DNA of 62,223 bases, counting the filler, from Nitrospirae bacterium CG2_30_53_67 (GTDB lineage Bacteria > CG2-30-53-67): NCBI GenBank assembly GCA_001873285.1. It is 6 parts of 6 records of this genome, joined end to end, with 100 filler letters (N's around TTAATTAATTAA, not from the genome) between each part and the next. Parts side by side here need not be neighbours in the genome. Positions count along the whole stretch, not along the records: positions 43,927 to 56,691 come from MNYV01000132.1; positions 56,792 to 62,223 come from MNYV01000014.1; 4 more parts are not named here. One strand, written 5' to 3'. The position numbers were made by a program, and so were the translations under genes. How positions within the stretch are numbered: the first letter of the stretch is position 1; each line of letters opens with the position of its first letter. The notes below the pieces were generated by a model. The model saw only the letters and a list, made by a program, of their open reading frames with translations. It was not told the origin of the DNA and did no database searches. This document shows positions 51,571-60,740 of the stretch, piece by piece.

Positions 51571-52425
51571 ATGTTTACGGATACCAAGGTCAAAAAGCTC
51601 ATTCGAGAGAGTGTGGAAGAGGATCTGGGCCGGATGGATATGACCACGGACGCGGTCGTGCATCAAGGGATGACCGCCTCGGCCGAGATCCTATCCTGCG
51701 AGGATCTGGTTCTCGCCGGGATCGAGGCGGCCAGGGAGGTCTTCCTGTATATAGATTCAAGCCTGACTTTTGTCTCACGGTTCTCCGACGGCGAACCGGT
51801 GCGCAAAGGAGAAAAGATCGCCGGGATCAGCGGCGATGCGGCCGCGATCCTGAAGGCGGAGCGTGTGGCCCTGAATTTTTTGCAGCACCTCTCCGGCGTG
51901 GCCACGATCACCTCCGCCTTTGTGAAGCAGATCTCGGGTCTTCCGGTTAAGATCATGGATACAAGGAAGACCCTTCCTGGACTCCGGCTCCTGGAAAAAT
52001 ATGCCGTCAGGATGGGGGGAGGGACCAACCATCGCATGGGCCTCTATGACGCCGTGCTCATCAAGGACAACCACATCGCCGTGGCCGGAGGGATTGCCGC
52101 CGCGGTCATGCGTGTCCGTGAACGGTTCCCCGGGATCCGACCGGTCGAGGTGGAGGTGACCGACCTCCAGGAGGCCCGGGAGGCCGTCGAGGTTCAGGCG
52201 GATGTGATCATGCTCGACAACATGGACATCCCGATGATGCAGGCCGCGGTCGAACTGATCCGAAAGAGGGCCGAGGTCGAGGCCTCCGGAAACATCCGTC
52301 TGGAGAATGTCCGTGAAACGGCCATGACCGGCGTGGATCGGATTTCGGTGGGGGCGCTGACCCATTCGGTTCGTGCCGTGGATATCTCGCTGGAAATAAA
52401 ATTCAGATCCTCTCAAAAAGAATGA
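51571..52425 (+). CDS. nadC: Nicotinate-nucleotide pyrophosphorylase (carboxylating)
   Basis: ERVALN, DTRKTLPG, NHRMGL, IKDNH, MLDN, EASGN, SVGALTH. Confidence 0.96.
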   Translation: MFTDTKVKKLIRESVEEDLGRMDMTTDAVVHQGMTASAEILSCEDLVLAGIEAAREVFLYIDSSLTFVSRFSDGEPVRKGEKIAGISGDAAAILKAERVALNFLQHLSGVATITSAFVKQISGLPVKIMDTRKTLPGLRLLEKYAVRMGGGTNHRMGLYDAVLIKDNHIAVAGGIAAAVMRVRERFPGIRPVEVEVTDLQEAREAVEVQADVIMLDNMDIPMMQAAVELIRKRAEVEASGNIRLENVRETAMTGVDRISVGALTHSVRAVDISLEIKFRSSQKE

Positions 52426-52564
52426 GTGAAAACATGAGGGGTCAAGGGGTCAAGGGTTCCAGTGTTTTTCTCTGGAGATTTTGCTTGTCTTGCAGTATTT
52501 CACTTGACCCCTTGACCCCTGGAACCCTCGAACCCTTTTTTACCCACTAAATGGGAAAGGAACC
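52405..52564. repeat. Dispersed element with AGGGGTCA/AGGGTTCA octamer arrays, copy 1
   Basis: Similar to 56391-56599 and, inverted, 57733-57963. Confidence 0.75.
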
Positions 52565-52606
52565 AAATTTGCAGGAACAGTTGAAGGGAATCAGGAGATA
52601 AAAGCA

Positions 52607-53584
52607 ATGGAAAATTTGCTGAGCCTGCTGCGCAAGGAGGCCGGCAGGGTGGTCTCCGGCGCCCTCCTGAGCCGGGCCCTTGGGGTATCCAGGACCGCCG
52701 TCTGGAAACGGGTGAACCGGCTTCGGGAAATGGGTTATGAGATCGCATCCTCGCCTTCTTCAGGCTACCGGTTTATCTCTGCTCCGGATCTCCTGCTTCC
52801 TGAAGAGATCCGGTATGGACTGAAGGCCGGAACATTCACCGGAAAGATTCACTATCTGGAGCGCACCGAATCCACTCAGACAATCGCCAGAGACATGGCG
52901 AGGCAAGGCGCATCCGAGGGGACCCTCATTGTGGCGGATGCGCAGAGCCGAGGCAAGGGGAGGCTCGGCCGGTCATGGGTCTCCCCGCCCAAGTGCAATC
53001 TCTATTTTTCAATGATACTCAAACCGGACGTCCCCCCCGCCTGGATCCCTCAGATCACCCTGGTGTCGGCGGCTTCCCTCTGCGAATCATTGATCAAAGA
53101 GACCGGACTCCCCGTGAGGATCCGATGGCCCAATGATCTCTGGATCGGTGAGAAAAAAGCCGGCGGGATACTGACCGAGATGTCAGCGGACATGGATCAG
53201 GTTAATTACGTGGTCCTGGGGGCCGGCATCAACGTGAATATGACCAGGGACGACATCCCCGCTGATTTGCAGGAGACCGCCACATCCCTGTTCCTGGAGG
53301 CGGGCCGAACGTTCAGCCGGGTGGCCCTGTTCCGGAGGTTTCTCCAAGGCCTGGAGAGAGATTACGCCGTTTTTTGCAAGCACGGTTTCATCCCCTTTCG
53401 GGAACGTTGGACTGCATTGTCCATGACCATCGGCCGTCAGGTGCGTGTGGGCATGCCCCAAAGGGAGATACAAGGATTGGCCCTGGAGATCGGCGAACAG
53501 GGGCGCCTCAGGATACGCAGGGAGGATGGCACGATAGAAGAGGTGGTCTCCGGGGATGTGACCGTAATGGAGAAGGGCAGGTAA
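52607..53584 (+). CDS. birA: Bifunctional biotin ligase/repressor
   Basis: HTH SRTAVWK; QSRGKGRLGRSW, RWPND, KAGGILTE. Confidence 0.95.
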   Translation: MENLLSLLRKEAGRVVSGALLSRALGVSRTAVWKRVNRLREMGYEIASSPSSGYRFISAPDLLLPEEIRYGLKAGTFTGKIHYLERTESTQTIARDMARQGASEGTLIVADAQSRGKGRLGRSWVSPPKCNLYFSMILKPDVPPAWIPQITLVSAASLCESLIKETGLPVRIRWPNDLWIGEKKAGGILTEMSADMDQVNYVVLGAGINVNMTRDDIPADLQETATSLFLEAGRTFSRVALFRRFLQGLERDYAVFCKHGFIPFRERWTALSMTIGRQVRVGMPQREIQGLALEIGEQGRLRIRREDGTIEEVVSGDVTVMEKGR

Positions 53585-53609
53585 GAATTTTTCACTTCGG
53601 AGAAATCCT

Positions 53610-54401
53610 ATGCTTTTAGCCATGGATATCGGGAATACCCAGACGGTGCTGGGACTTTTTTCCGGAACGGATCTGATCCGGGACTGGAGGATTCGAACCA
53701 TTCCGGATGGAACCGCCGACGAGTACGGGACCCTGATCCGTGACCTCTGCAGCAAGGAGATAGGCCGGGATCAGGGATTGACCGGGATGGCTGTGGCCAG
53801 CGTGGTTCCTTCATTGGACGGCGTCGTGAGAGATATGGCGCAATCCTATTTCAATCTGAGGCCTCTCTTTGTGACGGCGGAAAACCTTCCAGGGCTCCCG
53901 GTCCGGTACCAGCGGCCCGGGGACGTAGGCGCCGACCGGGTGGTCAATGCCGTGGCCGCACTTGAAGAACACTCTCCTCCATTGATCATCGTGGATTTCG
54001 GAACGGCCATCACCTTCGATGTGATCAATGAGAAAGGGGAATATGTGGGCGGGGCCATCTCGCCCGGCATCGGGATCTCCATGAAGGCCCTCTTTGAGAA
54101 GGCGGCGAAACTCCAGTCCGTGGATCTGGTTCTTCCCCCGTCCCCTGTGGGGGGCAGTACGGTAGAGAGCATTCAGTCCGGTCTTCTCTACGGATTTGCA
54201 AGCCTTGTCGAGGGGATGGTGAAGAGAATCGAGCAAACCATGACGGGGCATCCACGGATCATTGCCACGGGGGGGTATGCCGCCCTGATGGCGAATGTCT
54301 ACCCTAAGTTCGATGCGGTGGACATGAATTTGACTCTCAAGGGGCTTTGCATCGCCTATCGCCGGATTCACGATATGAGGGATGGAAATCCTGCATTATA
54401 A
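53610..54401 (+). CDS. coaX: Type III pantothenate kinase
   Basis: DIGNT, GADR, VDFGTA, GGAISPG, ATGG. Confidence 0.95.
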   Translation: MLLAMDIGNTQTVLGLFSGTDLIRDWRIRTIPDGTADEYGTLIRDLCSKEIGRDQGLTGMAVASVVPSLDGVVRDMAQSYFNLRPLFVTAENLPGLPVRYQRPGDVGADRVVNAVAALEEHSPPLIIVDFGTAITFDVINEKGEYVGGAISPGIGISMKALFEKAAKLQSVDLVLPPSPVGGSTVESIQSGLLYGFASLVEGMVKRIEQTMTGHPRIIATGGYAALMANVYPKFDAVDMNLTLKGLCIAYRRIHDMRDGNPAL

Positions 54402-56309
54402 TCTAACAGCGAGGCTTGCCGCGCTCCTGAGGGCATTCCCGGCATTGCCTGGCCTCACGGCCTCGCCGATGACATAAACATCCGGGATCTTCTCCCGAAG
54501 GGGATGGAGCAGAGGGGCATCTGAAACGGCCCCGGCAGCGATGATGATGGTATCGGCCCTGACCGGAGAGAGCTTTCCTTCCTTGTCCCGGACCTGGAGG
54601 AGCCCGCACTCCACGCATACGGCCTCAAATCCGGTGAGGATGGTGACCTGTTTTTCCTTGAGGCGGGTCAGGAGGTCCTCCCTCGGGATATCCTTCATGG
54701 CGGGAAGGAGGGTCTCCTGCATTTCCACCACGGTCACCTCCCGGCCTGGGGTGGTGATCCTGTCCGCGGTCTCACAACCGATATCGCCGCCCCCGATGAT
54801 GGCCACGCGTTTTCCCACGTACGGGTTTTCCTTGTAATATTCCCGGTAATCGTAAACAAAGGGGAAATTGATTTTTGGGATATCAGGGATCCTGGGTCTC
54901 GATCCTGTAGCCAGGATCACGGCATCCGGCGATCCGGAGAGGACCTCATCAACCCCCGCCTGGGTCTCCAGATGAACCGTTATCCTGTATTTTCTGATCA
55001 TGGTATTGAGATATTTCAGGAGTTTCGCATTCTCTTCTTTGAACGGGGCACGGTCTGCATAGAGAAACTGCCCGCCCAGTTCCTTTTCTTTTTCAAAGAG
55101 GATAACCCTGTGCCCTCTTTCAGCACAGAGGATCGCAGCCTGCATGCCTGCCGGACCGCCCCCCACGATGACCACCTTCTTTTTCATGGGCGGAGGGGTC
55201 ATGACCAGGGCTGCCTCCTGTCCGGCAAAGGGGTTGACGGTGCAGCTCCGTCCAAGTCCCGGGACCCCGTCCTGGGCGCAGTCTTCGAGACAGTAGATGC
55301 AGAACCGGATCTCCTCCGTGTTTCCCGACTGGGCCTTCTCAGGGAGGAAAGGATCGGCCAGCAGGGCCCGGACCATGCCGACAAAATCCGCTTTTCCCTC
55401 CATCAGGATCCGATCGGCCAGATCCGGCGTGTTGATCTTGCCGATGGCTGCGACCGGAATCAGGACTTCCTCCTTGATTCCCGCAGCCAAATCCAAAAGC
55501 GGTGCAGGGGGTGAGGAGTGCGGCGGGATGGTCTTATATTTTGTCTTCTTGTTGCCGCCGCTGGCCACGATCAAATCGGCCCCTGAGGCCTCGGCCATAC
55601 GAGCGATCTGCCGGCCATCATTTAGGGTCAGTCCGCCTGCAGTAAACTCGTTGCAGACCAGTTTAACCATGACCGGAAAATCGGAGCCGGCGTTTTGCTT
55701 GATTTTTCTGATCAGACCGGTGAGAAAACGTGCTCGGTTCTCAAGGGTCCCTCCGAATTCGTCGTTTCTCTGGTTGGTGAGCGGAGAGAGGAGTTGGGCA
55801 ATAAAATCGCCGTAGCTCGCCTGGAGATCCACGCCGTCGTATCCGATCTCCCGGGCCTTTGCCGCACCTTCCGCCATTCTATCCATGATCCCGTATATCT
55901 CTTCCGTATTCACAAAGTTGATGCACGGCCGGACCCATAGGTTCCCCTTGGGTTCGGCGCCCGAGACCTTATCATTAAAAACCTGTTCGTGCGGGTAGCT
56001 CAGGTGCATGAAGGCTCGGGTACCGTATGGCCGGATCTCTTTGAGAAGGCTCCGGATCCCCTCAACAAATGAAGGCTCATCCATGCGGAGTTCATTTTTC
56101 CCTTTGTACGCTGCCGGGTAGTCGAGGCACGGGCAGTCGAGCACGATCAGGGCCGCGCCGCCTTTGGCCCGCGCCTTGTAAAAGGCGATCATCCGTTCGT
56201 TCACCCGGCTCTCCGTTGCGTACTTGGTGGGATAAAGCGGCATGAGGATCCGGTTCTTGAGACTCAGGGAACCGATCCTGCCAGGCTGAAAAAGATGGGT
56301 GTAATTCAT
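54396..56309 (-). CDS. NADH:flavin oxidoreductase (OYE-like TIM barrel, 4Fe-4S, FAD/NAD domains)
   Basis: LKNRI, RAKGG, RNDEFGG.LENR, CIYCLEDC..C.VNP, GGGPAG. Confidence 0.9.
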   Translation of the reverse strand: MNYTHLFQPGRIGSLSLKNRILMPLYPTKYATESRVNERMIAFYKARAKGGAALIVLDCPCLDYPAAYKGKNELRMDEPSFVEGIRSLLKEIRPYGTRAFMHLSYPHEQVFNDKVSGAEPKGNLWVRPCINFVNTEEIYGIMDRMAEGAAKAREIGYDGVDLQASYGDFIAQLLSPLTNQRNDEFGGTLENRARFLTGLIRKIKQNAGSDFPVMVKLVCNEFTAGGLTLNDGRQIARMAEASGADLIVASGGNKKTKYKTIPPHSSPPAPLLDLAAGIKEEVLIPVAAIGKINTPDLADRILMEGKADFVGMVRALLADPFLPEKAQSGNTEEIRFCIYCLEDCAQDGVPGLGRSCTVNPFAGQEAALVMTPPPMKKKVVIVGGGPAGMQAAILCAERGHRVILFEKEKELGGQFLYADRAPFKEENAKLLKYLNTMIRKYRITVHLETQAGVDEVLSGSPDAVILATGSRPRIPDIPKINFPFVYDYREYYKENPYVGKRVAIIGGGDIGCETADRITTPGREVTVVEMQETLLPAMKDIPREDLLTRLKEKQVTILTGFEAVCVECGLLQVRDKEGKLSPVRADTIIIAAGAVSDAPLLHPLREKIPDVYVIGEAVRPGNAGNALRSAASLAVRL

Positions 56310-56390
56310 GCTCAACATTCCCTTCCATTGACGTCCGGTACTGTAGCCCCATTCCATGGGAAATGCAAATCGGTAAAAGATCATTAAATG

Positions 56391-56599
56391 AGGTTCATCT
56401 CCAAAAGCGTGGGTGAAAACATCAGGGGTCAAGGGGTCAAGGATTCCAGGGGTCAAGTGAAGTGCTAAAAACATAAGGGGCCGAGGGTCATAGGGTTCAA
56501 GGGTTCCAGTGTTTTTCTCTGGAAATTTTGCTTGCGTTCTTGTACTCGGTTTACCGGTATCAGTATTTCACTTGACCCCTTGAACCCTGGAATCCTTGA
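56391..56599. repeat. Octamer-array dispersed element, copy 2
   Basis: GGTTCATCTCCAAAA..GTGGGTGAAAACAT end, tandem AGGGGTCA. Confidence 0.75.
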
Positions 56600-56791
56600 T
56601 AATCATATAAAGGGCTCTATCGTATATTTCAAGTAAAATTATTTCAGGGAAAAAGAGACACCTCCCTTTCTATAGCAGAAACTGCTATAGTNNNNNNNNN
56701 NNNNNNNNNNNNNNNNNNNNNNNNNNNNNNNNNNNTTAATTAATTAANNNNNNNNNNNNNNNNNNNNNNNNNNNNNNNNNNNNNNNNNNNN

Positions 56792-57676
56792 CAGTTTCAA
56801 GACCGAATCCACATGCCGGAAAGTGATCTCGGAAGACTCGCCGGCCTGGACCATGGCCATCCTCACCATCCTTCGCACCATGGCATGAGAAAGACCCTTA
56901 AGATCTGATAGATCGAGGGCCACTCCGCCGGGGATAGTCATCGGGGAGAAGCGCTTTTCAGCCTCTTCCTGCATGAAGGCCTCTTCCTCCCCGAGTATCT
57001 CTGCCGTCCTCTGCAGGTCCTCCACCAGGTTCGGATTGTATCTCTCCACCAGCAGAGGGATCAATTCCCTGCGAATGCGGTTTCTAAGATAAATCCCCTT
57101 TTGATTGGAGGAGTCCTCCCGGTAAGGGATCCGTATCGAAGCAAGGTATGAAAGAATCTCCTCCCGTGTCACGTGAAGCAGGGGGCGGATGATGCCCGGC
57201 GCCCTCCGGATCGGCATCCCGGACAGTCCCCTGGTCCCGGCCCCTCTGAGCAGGCGCATAAGCAAGGTCTCGGCCTGGTCATCGGCATGATGCCCCAGGG
57301 CGATCCTTCTGGCATCATGTGCTCCGGCCGTCCTCCTGAAAAAATCATAGCGGATCTCTCTGGCGGCGGCCTGTGGTGAAAGTCCTCTATCGAGGATCAA
57401 GGCCGGCAGATCCACGGACTCGTAAATGAGAACCAATCCGTAACGGGCGGCCTCCTGTTCACAGAAACCTTGATCCTCCTCGGACTCCTTGCCGCGCATG
57501 CCGTAATTCATGTGTGCAGGGATCAGCGTCAAATCATACGCATCCCTCAGAGACCAAAGCACGTTCAGAAGGGCCATGGAGTCAGGGCCTCCGGACAGCC
57601 CCACCACGATCCGGTCCCCTTTTTCGAGGAGGGAATAACGCCGGATCGTTTTTTTTACTTTTTCAATAAGGTTCAT
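56792..57676 (-). CDS. tilS: tRNA(Ile)-lysidine synthase (3' end lost in gap)
   Basis: SGGPDS, AREIRY, GHHADDQAET, IRPLL, EDSSN, RNRIR. Confidence 0.96.
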
Positions 57677-57732
57677 CTAATCAATACCTGTCACTTTTAA
57701 AATACGGTCCTTCTTCCATAGGGTATGTAAGA

Positions 57733-57963
57733 AGGGTTCAAGGGTTCAAGGGTTTTTTTGATTTAGGTATTCTTATAGCATCTCACCTGGCCCCCAGGAC
57801 CCTTGACCTGTTAACCCCTCAGCTTCTTGTTAAGCTTTTCACTCGGACCCTAGCCCCCTTGACCCCTCGGACCCCCAAGTTCTTGAAAAGCACTTCACTT
57901 GACCCCTGGAATCCTTGGCCCCTCGGCCCCTTATGTTTTCACCCACTCTTTTGGAGATGATCC
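57733..57963. repeat. Octamer-array dispersed element, copy 3 (inverted)
   Basis: Reverse complement starts GGATCATCTCCAAAAAGAGTGGGTGAAAACAT. Confidence 0.75.
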
Positions 57964-57970
57964 TGTTAGG

Positions 57971-59662
57971 TCACATCAATTTATATCTCGGCCCTCCCCC
58001 GCCTTCCGGAGGCACCCAGTTGATAATCCCGTAAGGGTCGCGGATATCACAGGTCTTGCAGTGCACACAGTTGGTGAAATTGATCCTGAGCCTCTCCTCG
58101 CCCGCGGCCTCATCCATGACCATCTCGTAGACCCCGGCCGGGCAGAATTTCACGCATGGGTTCTGGTACTCCTCCCGGCACCGGCCGTGGCAGATAGAAA
58201 GGTCTTCTATATGCAGATGACATGGCTGGTCCTCCTCATGAAGGGCGCCGGAATGGTAGACATCCGTGACCTTGTCAAAGGTGAGTTCTCCGTCGAACTT
58301 CACCGGTTTTTTGGGGTCATCCTTCCCGTCATAGACCCTGACCTTTTTCATTTGTTCAAAATCCGCCTTGAGGCCTCTCCATCGGGTCAGACCTTTACCC
58401 CCGAAAGCCAGGCCGAAGGCGGCGTTCATCAGGCCGGTGATCATGCCGTGGTCAAATCCCTGATGAAAATTCCGGGATGCAAAGAGATCCCGGCCGGCGT
58501 AGCTCTCCTTCAAGGACCTCTCGTAGACGCGAAGGACCTCGTGCGAAAAATCATTCCGGAGCAGAGCGGAAAACGCCGCCTCGGCAGACAGCATCCCCGA
58601 CTTCATGGCAAGATGAACCCCCTTGATCCTCCGGCTGTCAAAGATCGCAGCGGAATCCCCGACGAGCATTCCGCCGTCAAAACAGAGGCGAGGCATCGAA
58701 GCATACCCGCTGACGGAAACCGTCTTAGCCCCGTACTCCAGGAGTTTCCCACCGGTAAGCAGGGACCGCACAAAGGGGTGCCGTTTGAACTCCTGGAACC
58801 GCTCGTGCGAATCAAAGAAAGGATCCGGGGCATTCAAACCGGCGAGCAGCCCCAGGGTCAGCCGGTTTTCCGACATGGGATAAATGAAGCCGCCGCCGTA
58901 GGTGTCTTGAGGCATCGGGTATCCCAGGGTATGAATCACCTCCCCTTTCCCGGACTTCGACTCCGGAAGTTCCCAGACCTCCTTGACGCCGGTTAGATAG
59001 GTCATGGGGTCCTTGCCGTCATTCAGGCGCAGTCTTGGAATCAATCCCTTGGTCAGGCTTCCCCGAGGCCCCTCTCCGAAGATGGTCACCTTGGCGATCA
59101 GATCAATCCCCGGCTCGAAGTTCCCCTTGTGGTTCCCGTTCTTGTCAATCCCCTTGTCCCCGGTCCGAACGCCGATCACCCGGTCTCCGTCATAGAGGAC
59201 CTCCACGCCTGGGGAACCGGGGAAGAGCTCGCAGCCGCTCTCGGCCACGAGTCCGGCCAGCCACCGGTTGAACCGGCTGAGGGAGATGACCAGACCTCCC
59301 CGCTGATGAAGCGGAGAGGGAATAAACGGGGCACGGATCTGTGAACGTGGGAAAAGATAATAAAGGGCCTCGTTCGCCACCCGGCTTTCGATGGGGGCCC
59401 CGCGTTCTTCATAATCCGGAACAAGCTCATTGAGGGTGACCGGGTCCATGACGGCGCCGGAGAGGCCGTGGGCGCCGATCTCAGTACCTTTATCAATCAG
59501 CACGACCATGGGATCTTCGATCCTGTCTCCCTGGATCTTGCCGCTTTCCACGTCCTGGTTATGATCTCGGATTCGGTTCATGAGATGAAGCGCTCCGGCG
59601 AGACAGGCCGGACCGCCGCCCACGAACAGCACATCCACGTCCATTCGTTCCCGATTTTCCAT
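57971..59662 (-). CDS. Electron transfer flavoprotein-ubiquinone oxidoreductase
   Basis: GGGPA, GAHGLSGAV, KGVHLAMKSG, HEEDQPCHL, CPAGVYE, NCVHCKTCDI. Confidence 0.94.
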   Translation of the reverse strand: MENRERMDVDVLFVGGGPACLAGALHLMNRIRDHNQDVESGKIQGDRIEDPMVVLIDKGTEIGAHGLSGAVMDPVTLNELVPDYEERGAPIESRVANEALYYLFPRSQIRAPFIPSPLHQRGGLVISLSRFNRWLAGLVAESGCELFPGSPGVEVLYDGDRVIGVRTGDKGIDKNGNHKGNFEPGIDLIAKVTIFGEGPRGSLTKGLIPRLRLNDGKDPMTYLTGVKEVWELPESKSGKGEVIHTLGYPMPQDTYGGGFIYPMSENRLTLGLLAGLNAPDPFFDSHERFQEFKRHPFVRSLLTGGKLLEYGAKTVSVSGYASMPRLCFDGGMLVGDSAAIFDSRRIKGVHLAMKSGMLSAEAAFSALLRNDFSHEVLRVYERSLKESYAGRDLFASRNFHQGFDHGMITGLMNAAFGLAFGGKGLTRWRGLKADFEQMKKVRVYDGKDDPKKPVKFDGELTFDKVTDVYHSGALHEEDQPCHLHIEDLSICHGRCREEYQNPCVKFCPAGVYEMVMDEAAGEERLRINFTNCVHCKTCDIRDPYGIINWVPPEGGGGPRYKLM

Positions 59663-59867
59663 AAATCTCCCCCTTGATCGTTTAGATGTAAGGCATTATA
59701 TCACCAACACCTTGATTTTCAAGTCATTTAGAAAAAGAAAACCGACGTTTTTACCGGGTGCAATCGGGTGAAATCAGGAGAGACGGTATGGTTCAAGGGG
59801 CGGCAAGGGAAGTGGCCCGCTTTTCCTGCATCCTGAAAAGCAGGCCCCATCTCCCTTTTTAGTTCAC

Positions 59868-60212
59868 TTACTTTGCGGTTTTGGGCAGGTCGGCCCCCTT
59901 GACCTCTACGGTGATCATGGGTTTGATCTTCTCCAGGAGCTTCTCCCCGATCCCCTTGACCTTGAGGAGATCCTCCGCCGAGGCAAAGGGCCCGTTCTGG
60001 GTCCGGTATGCCACAATGGCCTCGGCCTTTTTCTCCCCGAGTCCGGGAAGCGCACTGATTTCTGCAGCCGTGGCCTGGTTCAGATTGATCTTCTCGGTCT
60101 TGGTTTTGGCGGATACGGCCTGGTCCGCGGCCCCGGCAGGCGCCGCCAAAAACCCGGAAAAGACCATGAGGCAGAAGAGGGTCATCAGTGAAAGATATGT
60201 TTTCTTATTCAT
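59868..60212 (-). CDS. comEA: ComEA-family helix-hairpin-helix DNA-binding protein
   Basis: Signal peptide; INLNQAT, LPGLG..KAEAIV.YR..NGPF, VKGIG. Confidence 0.88.
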   Translation of the reverse strand: MNKKTYLSLMTLFCLMVFSGFLAAPAGAADQAVSAKTKTEKINLNQATAAEISALPGLGEKKAEAIVAYRTQNGPFASAEDLLKVKGIGEKLLEKIKPMITVEVKGADLPKTAK

Positions 60213-60545
60213 GGTTTCAGTCTCCTTTGTTTGAGGTTAATATCACAAGTTCTGAACGGAAGTCATAAAGCGCGGATCACCCCCTTTGCAAAAAAATTCT
60301 TTTCAGGCCATAAATGATCTAGAAATTTAGCGGTTCAAGATGTGCAAATTCAAGCAGACTTGCCTTAGAAGTGATCCGACATTATCAGTTCGCATAAAAC
60401 AAGTCAAGAATTTTATATCGGAATTTTGTATCGGGACATTTTTCATTGACGGCATCGCAAATTGTTGTTAACGTATGACGGCCTGAAACCAGGCCTAAAA
60501 TTCGGAACAGCCGTTATGCCCTGCTACACATAGCGACGGAAGTCT

Positions 60546-60688
60546 TAATCAGTTTGTCATTGTCCGGCTCGACCGGACAATCCACCCTTCGACAGGCTCA
60601 GGGTGACAATTGTCATGGTGAGCTTGTCGAACCATGGATTCCCCGATCAAGCCTGCCCTCGACTGCGATCGGGGGCCGGGGAATGACG
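60546..60688. repeat. Palindromic dispersed repeat, copy 2
   Basis: Inverted match to 22006-22128; related to cargo at 39106-39251. Confidence 0.85.
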
Positions 60689-60740
60689 TTGTTTGTTTAT
60701 GTCGCTCTGTATAAGTCATGTCTTAAAAGGAGGTCCCATC

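Noticed and set aside
52405..57963. CRISPR-like appearance of the short repeats
   Set aside because: 8-bp tandem units without unique regular spacers; no cas genes
60447..60545. Possible c-di-GMP riboswitch before the subtilase
   Set aside because: Hairpins present, but the GEMM consensus elements are not recognisable
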